Origin: Pocillopora damicornis
Taxonomy: Eukaryota
Length of the DNA stretch: 64,000 nt
Assembly: GCF_003704095.1 (NCBI RefSeq)
Contig: NW_020847572.1
Location: 372,001 to 436,000 of the forward strand
Direction of reading: 5' to 3'
Part shown: piece by piece, positions 13,301 through 25,624 of the stretch
Layout: each line of letters starts with the position of its first letter
How positions within the stretch are numbered: the stretch's first letter is position 1
Position numbers and translations under genes: made by a program
The notes under the pieces: model-generated
The model's database searches: none
Seen by the model: the letters and a program-made list of their open reading frames with translations, nothing else
What the model was told of the DNA's origin: nothing

Positions 13301-16300
13301 GTTTTCGGGTTTCGGTTTAGAGTCATTAATATGCCCCGCTTTCTTCAGATAGCAGAAGAATTTAATCGCAGATACTTACGGCACTCGAGTGTCTCATAAA
13401 AGAACATGTGACACCCATATGCCAGGACTATAAAGGCGGTATATTGGTCACATGAAAAGTTGCACATTAGCATCGTATCGTTCTTGCCGAAAGAGTAAGA
13501 TGGATGATTTTGGTGAAAAAGTGCTAAAGATAAAAGTATGGATTCTCTTAACACTTTTTTTTTTTTTTATCTACAGTCATTAAGGAACAACGATTAAAAA
13601 TTGGTCTGAAGTTCATGCAAAAGTTTGTTTTTTAAGAGTCAGATCATGAGCATGAACCACAGAAATTGTCCAGTTCCTGTGGTGTAATCTCTTAATAGCT
13701 AAACAAACGTCCAGAAAGAACAACAATAACAATAACAACAACAACAAGTATAATGGGAGCCTAGAATTTTTATCAGTTAAACTGAATACGCCTTGAGGAG
13801 AGGTGCAATTGAGATGCTTACCTTCAATTGTGTGTACAGTACGTGATTTAAATGTTGTTGTGTAAACATCTCAACTTAATTCAAAGAATAGTTCTCAAGC
13901 TCTTTGACCAAACGGCAGATCAGAATCAAAATAAGCATCTGTTTCTAACCCACTGAAAGTTCATGTCGCCTGCCTGCCTCAAATACCAGAGAATAATTTC
14001 GTTTTTCTAGAAAACCTCAAAAAGGTTATCAGGAAGAGAAGAAATGTATCGTTGAGCGGATTTGATCTCTCGATTACTTTTGTATTGTGGATTAATTGAA
14101 TGTTCGTTTCTTGGCATCTTATATTCACGCATTCTTACACGGAACGCACGGAGATACGCTGGGCTGAAAATTTGCACGTTTTCATTCATCTCACGGATAC
14201 GTTCAGAACTCAAAATACTGCAAGTTCTAAATTGCTTTGCGGGATATGCACGTGAACGATGCCACGTGATATAAACATATTTCTTCTGAGCCAGGCCACA
14301 ACCGGAACCCTCGTGAACAAAAATGTGCAATTAGCATACCTGTAAATTTAATTCTTTCGACAGCATTAACATTTCCTGTCTTCATTGTTTCGTTGACATC
14401 TATTTCCGAATTGAAGCGTAAGGTTTAAGTCATTTCGGTCTATAAATACCCTCTACGCATAGCATACTATTGTTTGTAACAGAGACTATCGGTCTTCCTT
14501 GATAGCCGATACGATTCCTTGAAAATTCGCTCACCGTGCTTTATAAACAACCCCCGCATTGATCGCCTGGTTTGCAATTAACTTTAGATTGTTTGATGGA
14601 ATTATGGCATTCTTATCTTAACGTAGGCTTTTTCTCAATGGCTATAGCATCCTCCAGCCGACACGACTAAGTCCTCCGCAGCCGTTATGCGAACGGCAAG
14701 ATTGAGACAAAATTAAAAAATTTTCTGTTCAAACTGAAAGTTGTTGGGCACTTTAAGTCAAATTCCTTTACACGTTTGACTGAGCCAGCCTCCTTCTTTC
14801 TTGAATTACTTTTAGTACAGCACCTAAACTTTCTGGCTGCAAGCAAGCCGAAAGACATTTCCTCCTGTTCATTCGAGTCGAAGTCTTCTCTTTAATTAGG
14901 AAACCGTCCAAGCAAATCTTGCTGGCCGACCAAAATAGGCCGCACTGATTAGCCTCATCGAAATGTTTTTTCAACCACGCGTCTTAATTTAATAATTTTG
15001 GTATTTCCATCAACAGTGTCTAAATGCTTTGATTGCGCTCCTTGTGTAAGGTTGATTCGTGATAAATTGTGAAAGTGTTTTGTTGGTGACGCAAATTAAT
15101 AAAATGACTCATGTTTCTGAAAGTCGATTTACCTAACAGCCGTAGCAAACCAAGGAATGGAGAGGTCATCATGTCCTCGAGGCTATTTCATTGTTTATCC
15201 TGTACAGATGACGTCCGAATTATGTATTTTTCGTTTGGTTATGCTTCTTTCGTCGTGTAACTTGCAGAGAGAGTGTGTTTCGCTGAGCGACTTAAGACAA
15301 AGAATAGCATCTTCAAGTAGATACTTGAGCCAATCGAAACGCTGTGAATCAACATGCTGCTGAAAGATATAAGTCAGTTTCTCTATTAAGAGAACAGAAG
15401 TGGGTGCAGAAGGGTTCAGACAACAGGACATTATCTCAGCTACCCGGTTTGTTCCCTCAAGTTAGGAGGATCTTTATTTGGTTTAGTTTATGCAATTGTA
15501 ACTTTTGTCTTTGGAGCTCTTAGTCTGTGGAGCGTTTCACATAGCGACAACTTGGTAACACGTAGTTCCAGCTAGGTAAGAATTTTCCTATCATTGAAAT
15601 TCGTTCTCTAATCATCTTTGTTTATATTGCATACAGTGTATTTGTTTAGTATCAAGGAAAACACACATAGCGGTCATCATCTGTATTGAAATCCGCTTTA
15701 GGGATTAAGGATGTCTTTAAGCACTTAGGATCTGTGGTTGGTTAGGCGATATACAAATGTTAACCTTCTCATTTAGGAGATCTGTGTCAAGAGACTGTTT
15801 ATATTATCATAACTACCCGCGTAAGCGACCCTAACTGCCCATTCCAAATTCCAACGGCCTTGAAAATAACAACTCTAACAACTTGTATGAACTGGAGGTC
15901 AATCATGAAGAAAGGCTTAACTGGAAAACGTTTCAGTAAACTTGGAATATCAATTTATTTTTGCATAAATAAGGTTGAAGTCACGGTTCTTTGCAGCGTG
16001 GCAACACTGAACCATTTCTGGTATGCAACCTTCATGCATAGAATCATTTACTTTTCAAATTTTCCAGATGCGGCCACAATAAGTTCCATATGCAAACTGT
16101 TATTGTTCAGCACGGCCAGAATCTAGCGTTTAAAGAAATCGACATTCATATGGGCTGATTGAGCTAACATTGATCGCAAGCGCCCTAAGGGATAACACTC
16201 CATACGTGCTACCTGCCTAACTTACTTCAACTAAGTACTGTGTTAAATTGTAAGACGATCGACCCTTGAGTGCTTTATCAAGCTCTACAATCGAAACCTC

Positions 16301-18685
16301 CGATGTTAGACTCATGAAATGATCTTTTGTACATTGTTAAAAAAAACTTAAACAATTTTGCAATTTTAATTGCAACAAAAATGTTCGCTTTGGTTAAGTT
16401 TTGTTTGCGTCATGTCCCATGAAGACAAAATGCTTCTATTATGGTTTTGTAAATTGGTTACCGCTGTGAAATGGAGCATCGGCTAAAAATATACCGCGGC
16501 CTCCCTTTAATAACTTTGATTCACGTACCGTTAGGTGCGAAAAATATCGAACTTATGAATGCTGTTCCAAATAATATAGTTCTCTGTTAAACGCGCAAGT
16601 TTCAAATTCAAGAGTATCTTTTCGTAACGCTTCCTTCTTGTAAATCTCATTTGTCAGAAACTATTAAAGAGCTAAGTTTTGTTATCGATTAAGGTATTTT
16701 ATTTATTCAGCTATAAAACGTGAGGTTGATTTAAAACGAAACATAAGTTTTGAGAGGCATAAACTTTGAAAACGTTTCCCTATTCCTGAGATGATCCTAT
16801 AGACTTGACACAACTCTAATTTAATTAATTAAATGAAACACTTTCTCGCAAAAAGCGCAGTACATCTGTTGGATGGAGCGAAATGTAGATTGTTTACGTT
16901 AGATGAAAAAGATTACCGCTGGATTAAGCGCATCAATCATGATGACAAGAAAGAGGAAGATTTAGCCGAACCTCAAAGTAATAGCTGAAGCGAACTTCCG
17001 ATTAGATAACCACACTGTATTAGGTCAAGTTGATTTTACCACTTAATGTATCGAAATGCATGTTTTTCGAAATTATTGACATACTTTTTTATTCAGTGCT
17101 TTATTCTCCGTCACTGCCTGGAAAAAATTGGGTACTCGGAAAGCTGCTCGTTTTAGTAAGTTTTGATTTAGTCCTGATAAAGTAATGTATATCTGATAGC
17201 TGTGCGGTTTGCTTATGCCTTCATAAACAATGGAGATTTATACTTGATAATGATTATTCTGTACCGTAAACACACAGTTATTGCATCCAATCAACTAAAT
17301 CTTCCCAAGCAAAGGATTGTGCATGCACTTTACTGCAACTATGTGGCACTTCTTGCGGTGACCAATTACTTTTTCCAGTGACTCGTTGGAGATGTAAAAT
17401 TTAATTTCCGTTTGATACCTCAAACGGAAAAAAACTGCCATTAAGGGAAAAGTAATAATAGTAGCACAGTGTAGGGTTATCTCTCTGGGTTATCTTCAAG
17501 ATACCATTCTAAGCAGAAATATCGCAAATCCCGGCTACAATTTCGCGAATGACATGAGCGCTAATTGTAAGTACAAGCCCACGCCTGTCTAAATATTTAA
17601 CAGAGCTGCTGACCAATACTTGTATCATTTCATGAGTCCTACAGCAGGACTCATGAGAGGATTTTTGCGGTGAAAGAAAATATGGCTTAACCGTCGAAGA
17701 ATATATATACTAGTTATCGAGATAAAGAAAGTTGAGAAAGGTTTTGTCGGTCGCTATTATCAATGAGCTTATCCTATAAATAGAGCATTAAGATAAAGGT
17801 CTGAAAACATCATCCTCGCATGTATGCCAGCTGGTCTTTGGACCACATTTCATTCAGGCAAGTTTCTTTCACTTCAAATTTTAATGCTATAGAGAGGGGG
17901 TAAAAAAGATTGTCCAAAAACTGAGAAAGAACTTGGCAAAATGGCGAAATTAAAGGAGATAACCATGTCACAGTTGATCAAGAATTTTTCACATTTCGTG
18001 GTTTCTAAAGCTTCATTTATTCTTTAAAAATTGAATTAAAGATGTATCTTTTAATCTAACCAAGCTCTGTAATTATCAGCCTGGCGCGTGTTTTGGTTGA
18101 TATGATAGTTGTTCGCATACCTTACCGCTAGGTTAAGCCCATTCAGCACTTACTTCTGGGCCAATATGGATTTTAATTGACTATCACTTATAATCAGTGC
18201 CCAATTGTAAAAACACGCCATGAAAATTTTGAAAGCCATAACTTTTCCATCAAAGATTACGTTGAAAAATTTCAGTAATTGTTGAATTTTCTATCACAGG
18301 AAATTTACTTAGTGCGGGTAAACTCATTCATGGCCAGTCTGGTCGGAGACTAACGAAAAAAGATCGAAGTCGTTTCGAGCACTTTATCGTGGTAGTTCTT
18401 TTATCAATCTTTTTGTCAAAGGTAATTGTGATGTCATAAACTCATAGCGTTCGATTCCGGTAAACTGCGTCTGTGCCTTGCGCTTCATGCTGAGCGCAAA
18501 CATACACTGACAGAGGACAGGACTGATGACATCCATTATCAGAGCCCCCGCTGTGTTCTTATGCCGTTAAAATGATAACCACAGATGTGAACAAAAAGCC
18601 CGGAACTAGGCGTTTACTGTCTATTGTAAGAATAGCAACGCAGGAATCCTGCTTAAGCAAAACCTTATAATACTCCTTAAAAGTG

Positions 18686-18820
18686 TATATATATATATAT
18701 ATATGATAAGAATGTTTAATAGATTTTGGTTTGAGATAACGAGTGAGTGACACCAATAGGTCATAGAGAGAAAGAGAGAGAGAGAGAGGTACAACACGCC
18801 GGGGGAGGGTGAGGGGGGGT
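18686..18820. repeat. Cluster of (TA)n, (GA)n and G-rich simple repeats
   Basis: (TA)n at ~18686-18704, (GA)n at ~18765-18788, and G runs at ~18801-18819. Confidence 0.75.
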
Positions 18821-20777
18821 GGCAAGTGTTTGTGTTGGTCATGTATAACGTGTGTCTGCTCTATATATTTTAATTGCATCAGTTGTTAGTTCTACTGAAT
18901 TAGAGGGACTCGTTTGACCGGGTTGAAGGGGGCTTGTTATATCGGGGTTTATAGGGGCCCGTTATATCGGGATATAAAGTCTTGTTTCGCCGGGCTATAG
19001 GGGATTTCTATACCGGAATATGAGAGCTAGTCATATCTAGGTACAGAGTTCGTTATATTTAGTGGTTGAGGTTGGTTTTGTTAGGGTACAGGTGTTTCTT
19101 AAATTAGGTTATCATGTGTAAGATTTCTTTAAATCATCATTCATAATAACCAGAAGAAAACGAATAGAGATTTTTTAACTTTATTTTCCGATAATTTACG
19201 TATACAAGCCTTATAATGTTGAAGGTAGATCATTTAAAGCAAATATTCAGACTTTGCAGATTTTTAACCGCGACTCAACATTTGGAAGATGTTAAAATTA
19301 CTTCAGAACTGATATCGAATATCTTTACACCTAACGGCAATAAACACAATTCAGGAATATATATTATACAATTTGAGTTGCAACACCATTTAGAAGTTCT
19401 CGGTTATTGTAAATTTTCAAGCATCATTTCGGTTTTCATTTGAGTGGCTTGCTTTCTTATTATCTTGAAATGTGAATATAACAAGCTATGTTTTGAAGTG
19501 CGATTGCATTAAGGTCATTAAGGTTCATTAAACATAATTAGGCAACGCTCCAAGCAATGGTCCTTTTTCAAAAACCACCCGGTGGGCTGTTTGAAAAAGC
19601 TGTAAACAGCGTTTTTCTTATCCAAAGAACATCTTATAATAACTTGCAATTGTATCTTTGCATTCATGACACCGCATCAGTTTGCCCATCTCTGTGAAAA
19701 ACCTATATTAGTCCTGACAAGAACTTAGCGTGTGCACTTATCAAATTATCTCCAAAAATAAAAGTGTCACAGCTCCTTAAACGCATCACTGGTTTGAATC
19801 GACAAAAGATAAAACGTTTTTGAATGCATGCTCTCAAATCAGCAGCGTGGATCATACCAGTCATTTAAGACTATCTTATCGCTCAGAAACGTAACTTTTC
19901 AGTTAAAATAATTTGCGACAAATCAAATAAGCATTTCTTGGTAACAGCTGAGAAGATTAAGAGGCGACCTTTGCCATGCACATAAGCATGTATGGTTGAA
20001 CGATTGCAATACTCCTATGCTAGTCATAACAAAGAGGATTGAATGATTTGATTGAATGTGCCGCTCTAAAATCACTGTCTCATAGAAAAAATGAAGGGAT
20101 TATTTTCAGTGCGCGGTTCTTACTGAAATCGCGTTCCATCATTTTTTACTAAATGTCCCAGTGTTTCCCGTCAGCTAGGCTACACTAGCCACCCAAATTC
20201 TGTAGAGTCCTGTCAGAACTTGTCGGGTGGTGCGAAAATGCGACCAACTCACGTTCTCTCCTCAAGAAAAATTCATCCCACACTGAAGTACGTAGCCATG
20301 TGTGAACTGAACGCAGCTTGAGACAGGTATTCGGCAGAAAATCGAAGTAATTGATAGTTCGGGAAATTGGACTCAGGTGAGGTCACGCAGATATACTATC
20401 GATCCACGCGATTATGCGAAACCAAAAACATGTGAAGAAAACAGTGTTGAGAGACAGACGTCTAGATTAATCCGTATGAAGCCTAACTGTCACGCGCTTA
20501 AGCAGCTTAAACGCTCGTAAATCCTAGCAGAAGCATGACACTAGTTTATGCTTTCTTCACTACGATTGCCGAGTTGACCTCTATTGAAAGCCATATTGAA
20601 ATTTTGTCAGGAATCACTAGGGCCAATTGCTTATTCCACGAAATCATCACGGCTAAAATAATAGTGTTTGGTTAATCTTCTTTGTTTCTTTCAACTCGTA
20701 GACGCAGCAACACCAAACACCAACACCAAATTTGAGCAGGAAACGCCGAGCCTACAACAGGAAATATTTGGTCCATC

Positions 20778-22283
20778 ATGAGCGCCAATAACAGCAGTGC
20801 GCCTGTACCCGTACAAGTTGGGTCCTCAGAGAATAGCGTTTCTCACAAAGTCATTTCTTCCATAGCAATTACAATTCTCATCATTCTGACACTCTTTGGC
20901 AATGGCCTCGTCATTTCCGCTTTTTATGTGTTCAAAAGGATTCGCAAGAGTGTCACGAACTGGTTTATACTCAGCCTGGCTATAAGTGACATGATGGTAG
21001 CATTTATCACCGAGCCTATTTGGTTGGCTGGCGAGATCCTCTCTTGGCAATATCCACCAGAAATCGATGTACCGACCTTCATCATGCTTTGGACCATGAT
21101 CGACATAATCTGTGCAATTTCATCAATCTCTAATTTGATGTTCATCTCCGTGGATCGGTTCTTTGCTATCAAACATCCTCTGATCCATCACACGAAGATG
21201 ACTCCAGGCAAGTGCAAATGGATTATCCTGCTTTCCTGGGTGCATGCGGGAGGTACATCGTGTCTCTATCTAGTGGACCCTATTTGGAAGTACGTGGTGA
21301 TCTTCCTATTTGGATTCATTATCCCTCTAATTGTCATACTGTTTTGTTACGGTGGGATCCTTCACGTGGTAATCTCGAGGTCTCGACTCACACATCGTCA
21401 TGGGAAACGCCTTTCCACTGAATACAAAACGGCCAAAAGTCTAGGCGTCGTGACTGGCGCCTTTGTTGCATGCTGGCTTCCATTTTTCATCGCTTCTTTG
21501 GCGTTTTGGTATTGTGAATCTTGCAGAAGAGATATCGACACCATTCCAGCAATCACCTCCGCGGTGAAATGGCTGCATTACTTAAACAGCTGTTTAAATC
21601 CCATAATTTACGCGTTTTTAAATCCCACTTTCAAGATTGCATTCAGGAATCTAATTAGGAGGATGTGTGGCAAAGAGACTTTAAACTCTTTAGAAACTGA
21701 AACTTCGTTTGCATCATTTCGTCGACGAGACACTTATGCCTCCGTGAAGAGCAACGAGAATGGAAAGGACAAATCAGGCAATGTTCCCAATGGAAATGCA
21801 TCTTTTTACAAGAGTCCCCTTTTGAAACAAGAGGGTACCAAGATGAATGGCGCAGTTAAGCATAACTCTATCAGCGATGATGGCAGTGTAGAGCGCGGTA
21901 TTGAAACACCCGAAGACAAATACTTCGGAGGTGACCCATTTTGTTCTACACCGCTTCCACCATCTTATGAGGAATGGTATCAGTTAAAGAACTGCGAAAG
22001 CAATGATGTATCACAAACAAGTAGCAGCTATGTCCCTGTTGCAATAAATAGCGATTGGAAGGAAGCACCGAAGCAAACATGTCCCATACAGTGCGACAGA
22101 ACTGTGTCCTTTTCGGATGACGTTAAGATATGTGGCGAAAAGTCACCAGAGAAGACAGCAAGCGATATGTCTGCGTTGGAAGGTCACATCTCTACCTACC
22201 ATGACGAGAAAAGCAATCAGACTTTCTTACTCGTCGATGGAGTACAGATTCCAGACGGTGAAATCCGAACAACCGATGTTTAA
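20778..22283 (+). CDS. Class A (rhodopsin-like) GPCR, biogenic-amine-receptor-like, 501 aa, single coding exon
   Basis: Seven hydrophobic segments. Motifs: GN (TM1), LAISD (TM2), Asp3.32 in WTMIDIIC, DRF, FIIPL (TM5), CWLPFF (TM6), NSCLNPIIY (TM7), helix 8 FKIAF. N-glycosylation sequons in ANNSS. A polypyrimidine tract and AG at 20700-20701 suggest a spliced 5' UTR. Confidence 0.95.
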   Translation: MSANNSSAPVPVQVGSSENSVSHKVISSIAITILIILTLFGNGLVISAFYVFKRIRKSVTNWFILSLAISDMMVAFITEPIWLAGEILSWQYPPEIDVPTFIMLWTMIDIICAISSISNLMFISVDRFFAIKHPLIHHTKMTPGKCKWIILLSWVHAGGTSCLYLVDPIWKYVVIFLFGFIIPLIVILFCYGGILHVVISRSRLTHRHGKRLSTEYKTAKSLGVVTGAFVACWLPFFIASLAFWYCESCRRDIDTIPAITSAVKWLHYLNSCLNPIIYAFLNPTFKIAFRNLIRRMCGKETLNSLETETSFASFRRRDTYASVKSNENGKDKSGNVPNGNASFYKSPLLKQEGTKMNGAVKHNSISDDGSVERGIETPEDKYFGGDPFCSTPLPPSYEEWYQLKNCESNDVSQTSSSYVPVAINSDWKEAPKQTCPIQCDRTVSFSDDVKICGEKSPEKTASDMSALEGHISTYHDEKSNQTFLLVDGVQIPDGEIRTTDV

Positions 22284-22424
22284 AAAAAGAGACATTAAAA
22301 CTAGGACATGGGCAAGTATATTAGGTTATTTGAGATACAGTGGAACGTTTCTGTACGACGATCAGTTTATAATACAGATCTCTTCAGTATTACCTCAAAA
22401 AAGCTTGATAGGCGGTCAGTCTTA

Positions 22425-22964
22425 AGCCCCGTTCAAACGGTCATGATATTTGATCATAGTTTCAACTATCAAGCGCGTTTGAACACGAACTATCATGCAC
22501 TTCCATCCTCTATTATCGACTGTACGTAGTTTGGACACGTTAAAATTCGACGTGATAGTTGACGATAGTTTTTGCCGTTTGAACGAGCGGATGATAATGA
22601 ATGAAAGTTTTTCGTTAAACAGTTTTTCCAAAAACGGACTCAAACCGAAATGGCAAAGGGTGAAATGAGTAAAGTAGCGGTCAAAACTTCGCAGAATGTC
22701 TCGTAATTCATTCTCATCATCTCCAGGTAGGCTTCAGTATCTTTAACTCGCAACTTTGTGACTAAAATTTCAAATGCCACCGAAATTGCTTACATCGGCG
22801 CGCCTCATATTTATTTTCAATTACACGATCTCATTGCGTTAATTTTTCAAAGGTCATCAACTATCATGAACCGTTCGATCTAAAACATGAAAATCAATGA
22901 CGGTGAGTGATAGTTGAAACTACCATCGACTGTCATCAACTATCACGACAGTTTGAACGGGGCT
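22425..22964. mobile_element. PIF/Harbinger-type MITE (540 bp)
   Basis: TIRs AGCCCCGTTCAAAC / GTTTGAACGGGGCT with subterminal aactatca/tgatagtt repeats. Perfect 3-bp TSD TTA at 22422-22424 and 22965-22967. Confidence 0.85.
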
Positions 22965-23624
22965 TTAGTTCTTCCCACCTATAGCTATTTTCACGCCCAA
23001 AAGATTCATAGCTCGAAAGTGGTCGTAAGAACGGGGTTCCATTGTTCTCCCAAAAATTGTAAAGGCTAAACCATTATGGTCTGCCATTCAAGGCAAACCA
23101 GCAATTTCCTTTTTGCCATATTCCTTTGTTGATAAAAACTTAGTTCTCTATGTTTGAGCTGGACAAGGAAACGATGCGAAATTATCTGGGATACTAGTGG
23201 TCACACATAGCCTGCCATGCATGTTCAAAATTACCCGCTGTCAGAAATTAACTAGTTTCCACATAATTATCTGATTCATTAACACAGAGAAATTTGAAAG
23301 GGCTGAATATCAATTAAATAAAGTGAACATCTCCATCTACGGGACACTAACGATTAATGGAAACATTTTTCGGTTGTGTCGACAAAAGGGACAAACGCTC
23401 TTCAAGAGACGTTTGCCTCTTGGATCAGGAAGGTCGTAATGAAAAAAATAAAAAGACAGGAATATCGATTATTTTGTAAAATAACTTCTTGAGAGCCTCT
23501 CTCTCTATGAGACGATAGTCTAAGCTAAGAGCGCAATTTAGATTAAAGACAGATTAATGAATTAGTCAAACATCCCCTTCATATGATAAAAATATATACT
23601 TTATAGACATTCATCTTCAAGCAT

Positions 23625-23892
23625 TGAGTCATTTTTAATAGAGTGTCGAAAATAATCCTAGATTGATTTAATTTTACTTTTATTCGCTCTAGGATTGGTC
23701 TAGAAAACTCACTCCACTATCTCAACCAATAAACCAATCCCAACTTGGTCACCCGCGTTTTCCCGCACTTCGACTAGGTCACTTGTTTTTACTTTGCGTT
23801 CTCATTGGCTAATGATGATGTAACCTTTGTTCTGATTAGTAGTTGTAATTACTCTGGTTTTGATGTTCGACACTCAGTTGAAAACTGCTCTA
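23625..23892. mobile_element. CCAAT-rich MITE-like interspersed repeat, copy 1
   Basis: Core cttggtcacccgcgttttcccgc is the reverse complement of gcgggaaaacgcgggtgaccaag at ~25438-25460. Imperfect terminal inverted repeats. Confidence 0.6.
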
Positions 23893-24214
23893 AAGAAGCA
23901 AGAGAAGACCATAATCAAAGACTGCTGCCACTGTATAGGTCTCATAAATAAGTCAATTCAATTTTGAGGTATTATATTTTGATTCACGCCGGGCCTATCG
24001 TTCGGTTTGAGCATGTCTTATCTGTAGGTAACCCAGAATAAAAAAAACTATCCTGCAAATAAAATAACCTTTTTTTTTCTCTTGTCAATGATTACATGAA
24101 GCTATTGATTGAGACAAAAGGCCNNNNNNNNNNNNNNNNNNNNNNNNNNNNNNNNNNNNNNNNNNNNNNNNNNNNNNNNNNNGGGGGGGGGGGGTATAAA
24201 GAGATCATTTGATT

Positions 24215-24305
24215 TTATCAAATGAGTTGACAATGTAAATTGGCCACCGTAAAGAGTGTTTAAAGCTGACGTAACGAGCTTTTGACCCTCGTCAAAGAAG
24301 CGAAT
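24215..24305 (-). mobile_element. Penelope-associated short repeat with a decayed hammerhead-like motif
   Basis: tatcaaatgagttgacaatgtaaattggccaccgtaaaga matches 62242-62281. The minus strand reads tTGACGAgggtcaaaagctcGtTAcgtcagc, a mutated CTGANGA...GAAA core. Confidence 0.45.
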
Positions 24306-24600
24306 GGCGACACGTTTGAACTCGAGCCTCCGGGTTATTAGTTGTGTGTTATTACCAACTGAACACTTAATAATCCTAATGATTAAAATTCATTTTAATT
24401 TGTCTGTGCCGTTAATGTAGGATTTTATTTACATGCACGGCTTTATCAGCAACACCCACCCCCACAAAGTAGCTAAATGATACACAATTAGCAAATTTAT
24501 GGGTACCATTTACACTACGGCTCGCCACACAACACTTCTCTCACTACAACCTTACATGACGGCCCAAGTAACCAAACATAAGTCTCCTAAGGAGTTTTAA

Positions 24601-25004
24601 ATTCACATGTGCAAGTTCCTACATATTGGCCCTTCATATTACAGCGAGTCTTTCTCACAGTTGTTCCCTACTCATAATCAAAGCCATAAACTGTTCCATA
24701 TTCAATAACTTAATATTTCTTGAAAAGACTTGGATTAACAAAACAATGGCAATCATAATAATTTTCTCCCTTTAAGAATACCTTATTTCACTTATTTTAG
24801 CGATTTTCCCATTCACATGTGCCAGTTCTTACATCGAGTCTTTCTCACAGTTGTCCCCTACTTATAATCAAAGCCACTGATAAACTGTTTCATATTCAAT
24901 AACTTAATAATTTTTTGGAAAGATTTGGATCAACAAAACAACAGAAATCATAATAATTTTCTCCCTTTACCAATACCCTATTTACTTATTTGAGCGATTT
25001 TCCC
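24601..25004. repeat. Diverged tandem duplication (~210 bp + ~194 bp)
   Basis: Units 24601-24810 and 24811-25004 both begin attcacatgtgc and end agcgattttccc, with substitutions and indels. Confidence 0.85.
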
Positions 25005-25309
25005 TATTTATAATAAGAGAAAATCGCGAAACTTCAACCCTTACGCCAGGGAAACTAAGATAGTTTTCTTGCATAAACCCTCGTTATTCTCTTTACGAAG
25101 TATCAAACTGTATCAAAATATTGTTGAGTAAGTACCAGCAAAAATATCAAACATGTTAAATATATATGCTCTCCTACGAAATAATTCTACCTAACAAAAC
25201 TATTAACAAATGTTTATGTGACTATCCCTAACGCTACCCAAATAAATCCTTTCTGATACGACCATCTGACTGCATTAAAAAAATAACAATTATTCATTAA
25301 TCAACTTCA

Positions 25310-25520
25310 TAGAGTGTATTTCGATTGGGTGTTGCAAACCAAAACCAAAGTAATCACAACAGCCAATCAGATGAAAGGAACAGATTACAACAAGCCAATC
25401 ACATGTCAAAGAAAAAAACAAGTGAACTGTCCAAAGCGCGGGAAAACGCGGGTGACCAAGTCGCGATTGGTTTTAGTTTTGAATCTGATTGGTTAAGAGA
25501 GTGGCGCAAGTTTTCTGGAA
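25310..25520. mobile_element. CCAAT-rich MITE-like interspersed repeat, copy 2 (inverted relative to copy 1)
   Basis: Reverse-complement homology to 23690-23892. Lies just downstream of the GPAT stop codon. Confidence 0.6.
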
Positions 25521-25624
25521 GACAATTCACAAAGATAAACAGAATGGAGGGATTTTTTGGATGTTCCGTGCACCTTGCATATCTATGGTACATTCTTCCT
25601 TTCTTAAGTAAACCTCTGGCATCT

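Noticed and set aside
17630-17656. 11-bp-stem hairpin tcatgagtcct-acagc-aggactcatga
   Set aside because: An isolated short palindrome with no supporting context; a bacterial-type terminator is not meaningful in this genome.
20826-21421. Antisense and alternate-frame ORFs overlapping the GPCR
   Set aside because: Shadows of the real CDS with no protein features.
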